DNA from: an uncultured delta proteobacterium
GTDB taxonomy: Bacteria > Desulfobacterota > RBG-13-43-22
Length of the DNA: 64,000 bases
Reading direction: 5' to 3'
Assembly (NCBI GenBank): GCA_963790475.1
Contig: CAWBOS010000012.1
Span: 32,001 to 96,000, forward strand
This document shows positions 58,769-64,000 of this stretch, in pieces. The translations under genes were made by a program, and so were the position numbers. How positions within the stretch are numbered: the stretch's first letter is position 1; every line of letters begins with the position of its first letter. Below the pieces are notes generated by a model, which was given only the letters and a program-made list of their open reading frames with translations, ran no database searches and had not been told where the DNA came from.

Positions 58769-60215
58769 ATCCTTTGATGACTCCTAATGGTCTCAACCTG
58801 GCCACCTTTTTGGCAATACCGGCCTGATGGATCACCTCGACCACTTGGGCCACATCCTTATAGGCCTCCGAGATTTCTTCGACGATGGTCCCCAAGCCGG
58901 CCCCTTGCACATATATTCCCCGGTCCTCCATCTCCCGGACTACAGACCGGCCTCTGGCAGCCTTCTTAGCAGCCTGGCGGCTCATGACCCGGCCGGCGCC
59001 ATGACAGGCACTGCCGAAAGTCTCTTGCATAGCCCGATCGGTTCCCAACAAAACATAAGAGTAACGGCCCATGTCACCTGGTATCAGGACCGGCTGCCCT
59101 ATCTCCCGAAAGGCTGGTGGGATCTGAGGATGATTGGGAGGGAAAGCCCGGGTCGCCCCCTTGCGGTGCACGCATAAAGATTTCATTAGACCATCCACCT
59201 GGTGATCCTCAAATTTCGCAATATTATGGCACAGGTCATAGATCAGTTCCAGTTGCAGAATCTTGGGACTGATCCGCAAAACCCGTTCCAGGGTTTCCTG
59301 AACCCAATGGGTAATAATCTGCCGGTTGGCAAAAGCGAAGTTGGCGGCCGCAGCCATAACCGCCAGATATTCCCTCCCTTCGGAAGAGGCGATTGGGGCG
59401 CAGCACAATTGTCGATCCGGTAATTCGATGCCATATTTGGCCGTGGCCGGGATGAGTTTTTTTATGGCGTCGTCACAAACCTGGTGTCCGAGACCCCGAG
59501 ATCCGGTATGGACCATTACCGTGACCTGTTGGTCAAAAAGGCCCAGTTGGCTGGCCGCTTTCGGATCGTAAATCGTTTCCACATAACCTACTTCGACAAA
59601 ATGATTACCCGAACCGAGGGTGCCTAATTGATCTTTTCCTCGTTCCATGGCCCTGGCCGAAACCAGATCCGGCCCGGCCCCCTCGATACAACCGCCTTCT
59701 TCGATATGTTCCAGATCTTCCTGGCCCCCGAACCCTTGGCTCACAGCCCACCGCGCACCCAGAGCCAACACTTTTTCCTGATCCTTGGCTGTAAGTTTAA
59801 AATCCTTGCGGTGTGAACCCAACCCGGAAGGGATATTCCGAAACAGGGCCTGGACGATTTCCTTGACCCGGCCTTCGATCTCTTTGCGGCTCAACCCGGA
59901 GCGCAGCAACCGCACCCCTCAATTGATGTCGTAGCCCACCCCGCCCGGCGAGACGACCCCTTGGTCAGGATCAAAAGCCGCAACGCCTCCAATAGGGAAA
60001 CCGTACCCCCAATGGATATCCGGCATGCCCAACGAGGGGCCGACAATTCCCGGCAGCCAGGCGACATTGGCCACTTGCTGCAGGCTTTGGTCCTGCTTTA
60101 AATCGGAAAGCAGGGCCTCGGACACGAAAACCAGGCCATCGGTCCGCATCTTCCCCTCCCGGGGGATCCGGAAACGGTAATCATCTATTTTTTCAATTTT
60201 TATTTTCTCGCTCAT
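58767..60215 (-). CDS. rtcB: RtcB RNA ligase with in-frame TGA at codon 99 (candidate selenocysteine)
   Basis: [23 protein letters not shown]; [38 protein letters not shown]. Both track ORFs are in the same frame. Confidence 0.92.
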
Positions 60216-60235
60216 AAGATACTCCAGCCGGTAGA

Positions 60236-60385
60236 AGCCAGAATTCATAAGTCAGAATTCAGAATAATAAACCAATTCATTTTTAGATTTATGATTTTTT
60301 ATTTGGTCACTAAAGAGTTTATTGCCTCTCTCGAATTTGTCACCAGGATTTTTCTTCTGGCTTCTGGCTCCTGTATCTGGCTTCT
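60236..60385. repeat. Inverted heptamer-repeat element between archease and rtcB
   Basis: AGCCAGA ATTCATA AGTCAGA ATTCAGA opposite TCTGGCT TCTGGCT CCTGTA TCTGGCT. Confidence 0.65.
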
Positions 60386-60386
60386 T

Positions 60387-60815
60387 TCATAGATCGAAAA
60401 TTACCCGGGCCCGCCAAAACCCCTTTGCTTCCCATATACGCAACTGATGATAGGTGACCGCTTTGACCACTGTCTTGACCTGGTGTTTCTTTGGATCAAG
60501 GGATTCTCCCCAGCCAATGGCGGAAAGGGTCTGAGGAGTCATGGTCTGAATTGATAACCGGCCAAAAACCAGATGTTCTGTTTCAAAGATATATAAAAGC
60601 TCACCAAGCCAAGCCACCAGAAGGGCTTCCAGGTCCGGGGCTTCACTGGTAATCGCTCTTTCCTGTCGTAGCTTAATCCCACGGGCTTCCACCATGACAT
60701 CAAAAAAAGCCCAGCCCGCCTGGGCAAAAAGATCAGGAAGGTCCTTCCCCCAAACCTCCATGCCTAAATCAGCCGGGTGGGATATCAGGCGATATGGTTT
60801 TCGAAATTTGTCCAT
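60387..60815 (-). CDS. Archease (RtcB cofactor)
   Basis: HPADLG, LLVAWLGELLY, VKAVTYH, IFDL C-terminus; adjacent to rtcB. Confidence 0.93.
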   Translation of the reverse strand: MDKFRKPYRLISHPADLGMEVWGKDLPDLFAQAGWAFFDVMVEARGIKLRQERAITSEAPDLEALLVAWLGELLYIFETEHLVFGRLSIQTMTPQTLSAIGWGESLDPKKHQVKTVVKAVTYHQLRIWEAKGFWRARVIFDL

Positions 60816-60867
60816 ACTCTATTATAAAGAGGTCCTCCATTCATTTCAGCAATTTTTTTTTAATTCA

Positions 60868-60899
60868 AAAAAAGCCCATACTCTTTCGGGAATGGGCTT
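60868..60899 (-). terminator. Probable intrinsic terminator after dsrP
   Basis: Minus strand AAGCCCATTCCCGAAAGAGTATGGGCTTTTTT. Confidence 0.75.
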
Positions 60900-60931
60900 A
60901 AGATGGATTTCAAATTTGGAAAAATGACTGA

Positions 60932-62107
60932 TTAATGAATCGAGGCGCTGTTGGGGTCCAGCTTGACTGAGATGGCGATTTTATAAAGAAGGGTCAGCAC
61001 CAGAAAACCGGTGGCCCAAACTCCGAGGGCGATAAAGATTTCCGGCAGAGTAGGGGCATATTGGGTAATGTGCTCCAGGGGAGAAGGCACAAAGCCGGTA
61101 ATGACCAGGGTAATTCCCTTTTCAATCCACAGCGAGCCGAAAACCCCAATGCAGGCCGCCATCAGCCAGGCATTGCTTCTCTTTACCAAAGGTAATAATA
61201 AAATTAAGGCGGACAGGACACCGGCCACCACCGAGACCCAGGTCCAGGGCACGTAACGGTTATAACCGTCCAGTCCCCAGAAGAGATACTGAAGGGGTTG
61301 TTTATGGGAGGGGATATTACTGTAGAAGGCAGTAAAAATCTCCAGAAGAACAAAGAAAATACTAAGCAACATGGCGTAGGCGACAATATTTTTCAGCTTA
61401 TTGATGGCTGTTTGTCCGGGATCAAAACCGGTCAAACGCTTGACCAGCAGGCCCAGGATGATCAACAAGGCCGGACCGGCGGCAAAGGCCGAACCCAAAA
61501 AGCGGACGGCCATGATAGCCGTCAGCCAGTAATGCCGGCTGGGCTGGCCGGCGTACAGAAAGGCCGTGACCGTATGGATACTGATCGCCCAGGGTATGGA
61601 GAGATAAATAAGCGGCTTAACCCACTTGGGCGGGGCAACCGCCTTTCTTTCTGCGGCCAGGATATTCCAGCCTATAAGGATATTAAGCAGCAGATAGACG
61701 TTCAAAACGATAAAATCCCAGAAAAGGATGGAATTCGGTGTCGGGTAGAGGATGAGATTCAAAACCCGGGTCGGATAGCCCATATCGACGAAGACAAAAA
61801 GCATGCACATGATCACCGCGGCAATAGCCAGGAATTCCCCCAGGATAGTGATCCTCCCAAAGTCCTCGATATTATGCAGGTAATAAGGCAAAACCAGCAT
61901 GACCGCCGAAGCCGCCACTCCGACCAGGAAGGTAAACTGGCCGATATACAACCCCCAGGAGACATCCCGTGACATCCCGGTTATGCGCAAGCCTTCATTG
62001 AACTGATAGAGATAACAGATAAAACCGATGCCGATAAAGATCAGTAAAAAGAAGATCCAGCTCCAATACTCTTTTGATCCGGACAGCGCCTTTTCAAACA
62101 TAGTCAC
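60932..62107 (-). CDS. dsrP: DsrP (NrfD/PsrC family membrane subunit)
   Basis: TGMSRDVSWGLYI, SIPWAISIHTVTAF; dsr context. Confidence 0.93.
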   Translation of the reverse strand: MTMFEKALSGSKEYWSWIFFLLIFIGIGFICYLYQFNEGLRITGMSRDVSWGLYIGQFTFLVGVAASAVMLVLPYYLHNIEDFGRITILGEFLAIAAVIMCMLFVFVDMGYPTRVLNLILYPTPNSILFWDFIVLNVYLLLNILIGWNILAAERKAVAPPKWVKPLIYLSIPWAISIHTVTAFLYAGQPSRHYWLTAIMAVRFLGSAFAAGPALLIILGLLVKRLTGFDPGQTAINKLKNIVAYAMLLSIFFVLLEIFTAFYSNIPSHKQPLQYLFWGLDGYNRYVPWTWVSVVAGVLSALILLLPLVKRSNAWLMAACIGVFGSLWIEKGITLVITGFVPSPLEHITQYAPTLPEIFIALGVWATGFLVLTLLYKIAISVKLDPNSASIH

Positions 62108-62108
62108 C

Positions 62109-62888
62109 TCATACTAAAAAATAGACATTGGGTTGGGTTCCCAAACTGGGTTTCCTTCGGATGGAATAATTTTCCCGGAGAAGTTGCCTCACATTAGACT
62201 GGGGATCATTGATGTCACCAAAGACCATCCTCCCGTTGCTGGCCTCGGCACAGGCCGGGTACAGCCCTTTGGCCAGCCGCTCTTCGCAGAAATTACACTT
62301 TTCTACCACCCCTTTAGACCGGGTCGGAAAGTCCGGGTTGTCGTATGGTTCTTTAAGGAACCTCCGGGGATCCCCCCAGTTAAAACTCCGGGCCCCGTAA
62401 GGACAGCCGGCCATGCAGAACCGGCAGCCGATACAGCGGTGAAAATCCATCATGACGATCCCGTCGGAAGCCCGTTTAAAAGTAGCCTGAGTGGGACAGA
62501 CCCGGACGCAAGGCGGGTTAGTGCAATGATTGCAAAGAACCAAATAGGAATTGCGCTCCATCCCTTCAGGCAAATATTGGTTTTGGTCATCGGGAAAGGC
62601 GTTTTCATATTTTTCCTTCCAGATCCATTTAATCTCCTGGCGCACCTGGTCCACCTTGGGGATATTGTGCGCCTTGTCACAGGCCTCGATGCATCTTTGA
62701 AAGTCTTCTGGACTTTGGAATTGTTTTGTTTTGATGACCATGGCCCATTGTTTTTTTCTTGGCGAGGGCACCGGACTCTGAGCCTCAACCGCCCCGGGCT
62801 TAAGGATCTCAAAAGCGGCCTTGCCTCCCAGCCCCCAGAGGGTAGCTATCCCGCTAATCCTTAAGAATTCTCTCCTATTGATGCCCAT
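62109..62888 (-). CDS. dsrO: DsrO periplasmic Fe-S protein
   Basis: Tat signal NRREFL; CNHCTNPPCVRVCP, CIGCRFCMAGCP, KCNFC. Confidence 0.93.
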   Translation of the reverse strand: MGINRREFLRISGIATLWGLGGKAAFEILKPGAVEAQSPVPSPRKKQWAMVIKTKQFQSPEDFQRCIEACDKAHNIPKVDQVRQEIKWIWKEKYENAFPDDQNQYLPEGMERNSYLVLCNHCTNPPCVRVCPTQATFKRASDGIVMMDFHRCIGCRFCMAGCPYGARSFNWGDPRRFLKEPYDNPDFPTRSKGVVEKCNFCEERLAKGLYPACAEASNGRMVFGDINDPQSNVRQLLRENYSIRRKPSLGTQPNVYFLV

Positions 62889-63289
62889 CAGTTGTTCTCC
62901 TTCGGTGCAATATGGCAATCCCAGCAGAAGGGTTTGACCACCATATAATTATGACACTGATCGCAAAATTTGGTTTTGTTGGAGTGGCATTTCAAACAGC
63001 CGTTTTGAAGACTCTTTTCAAAAACCCGGCCGTCGGCCGTGGTCAGTTGCCGTCTATTATCCCCACGCACCACATCATATCGCCACTCATCCAGGATTTT
63101 CATATGGGTGGTGATCATTGTCGCCTTGGGTTCGATGCACTTTTTTTCCTTCATTTCCTGAATGACCGGTGTATCTATTTTAGGATCCGGCGGGGGAGCG
63201 GCTTTCCCCAGGTTATACCACAGGGGAAAGGTGACCAGGATCACAAAGACAATAATCATGGGAATGATTTTATTTTCGTCGTACATCAT
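62888..63289 (-). CDS. dsrJ: DsrJ triheme cytochrome c
   Basis: Three CxxCH motifs (CLKCH, CDQCH, CWDCH) and an N-terminal TM helix. Confidence 0.93.
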   Translation of the reverse strand: MMYDENKIIPMIIVFVILVTFPLWYNLGKAAPPPDPKIDTPVIQEMKEKKCIEPKATMITTHMKILDEWRYDVVRGDNRRQLTTADGRVFEKSLQNGCLKCHSNKTKFCDQCHNYMVVKPFCWDCHIAPKENN

Positions 63290-64000
63290 TCTTCTTTATC
63301 CTCCTCGGCTTCTTCTCCCAAAGGTTCACCGCGTAAATTCGTGGTCCGTTCAATCTCCCCATCCATAATCAGGGCATTGGCCACCAATTCATGGAGCCCG
63401 GTGACCCCGACTTCCGGCACCCAGTATTCCATCAAGGTGCTTAAAGCCGCCCGGTCGATAGCGCAGATATTGGCCAGCATATTGACCCCGTGTTTCTCCT
63501 GAACAAATTTTACGGCGTTGGCCCTGGGAAATCCCCCCCGCATACGGAGTTCCATATTTTCACCGGCATTCAAACCCGAGCCGCTGCCGCAGCAGAAGGT
63601 TTGTTCCCGAATGGTACCCTCCGGCATTTCAAAGAAATTATTACAAACGCTTTGGAGCACATAGCGGGGCTCTTCAAAAAAGCCCATACCACGAGCTGGG
63701 TTGCAGGAATCATGAAAGGTAACTTTGAGGTGATCGTTCCGGCTGGGATCCAGTTTTAACTTTCCATTCTTGATCAGGTCGGCGGTAAACTCGACGATAT
63801 GGACCATCTTGGTCGAAGACGAGTTTTCAAACTTGGTTCCGGTAATCGGGGAAACAGGCAGTTCCAGAAAATCGGCCGGTCCGTTCATGGTATCCATATA
63901 CTGATTGACCACCCGCCACATATGCCCGCACTCACCGCCCAGGATCCATTTGACCCCCAGCCGCTTGGCTTCGGCATACATCTTGGTATTGAGTCTCTTC
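63286..64000 (-). CDS. dsrK: DsrK, C-terminal part (truncated by window edge)
   Basis: GECGH, FHDSCN, FCCGSGSG, ICAID (CCG domain). Confidence 0.92.
   Translation of the reverse strand, partial: KRLNTKMYAEAKRLGVKWILGGECGHMWRVVNQYMDTMNGPADFLELPVSPITGTKFENSSSTKMVHIVEFTADLIKNGKLKLDPSRNDHLKVTFHDSCNPARGMGFFEEPRYVLQSVCNNFFEMPEGTIREQTFCCGSGSGLNAGENMELRMRGGFPRANAVKFVQEKHGVNMLANICAIDRAALSTLMEYWVPEVGVTGLHELVANALIMDGEIERTTNLRGEPLGEEAEEDKEE

Noticed and set aside
58767-60248. rtcB as a split pseudogene or intein/intron-containing gene
   Set aside because: The halves are in frame and separated only by TGA-GGG; there is no inserted sequence and the total length is normal.
1-64000. CRISPR array, tRNA, rRNA, integrase or transposase
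   Set aside because: No regularly spaced repeat-spacer units, cloverleaf, rRNA-like tract or recombinase motifs were recognised by eye.

Overview
This 64 kb window looks like a sulfate-reducing or syntrophic deltaproteobacterium (Desulfobacterota-like). That is inferred from dsrKJOP, the acsD-cooS-acsB-acsC-acsE Wood-Ljungdahl cluster and the intergenic repeat families. Left to right it contains: cheB plus a hybrid kinase; a Mn-exporter gene behind a yybP-ykoY riboswitch; htrA; molybdopterin genes; a shikimate/Phe/Tyr supercluster with two DAHP synthases; an AT-richer, all-minus-strand accessory island (about 25.4-36.3 kb); housekeeping genes; the CODH/ACS cluster; phoU; archease-rtcB; and dsrKJOP. 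The top candidate for a new system is a tightly overlapping four-gene island operon. It encodes a DNA methyltransferase, a 2TM + PLD-like protein, a beta-RFAP synthase (C-nucleotide-forming), and a HAM1-pyrophosphatase/NMP-kinase/wHTH fusion with altered base-specificity residues. It may be a C-nucleotide-based defence or signalling system. Other highlights: (1) rtcB has an in-frame TGA exactly at its metal-binding Cys, followed by a SECIS-like hairpin (candidate selenoprotein). (2) An unannotated leader peptide with 10 consecutive Phe/Trp/Tyr codons sits in a full attenuator before the aro operon. (3) There is a SEFIR-IF2N-WD40 + vWA/kinase/PP2C module. (4) A perfect 32-bp inverted repeat lies inside the aro operon. 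(5) A diverged copy of the aroG 3' end sits at the island edge. Several core genes carry single-base frameshifts, probably assembly errors. All domain calls come from motif recognition by eye, with no database search.
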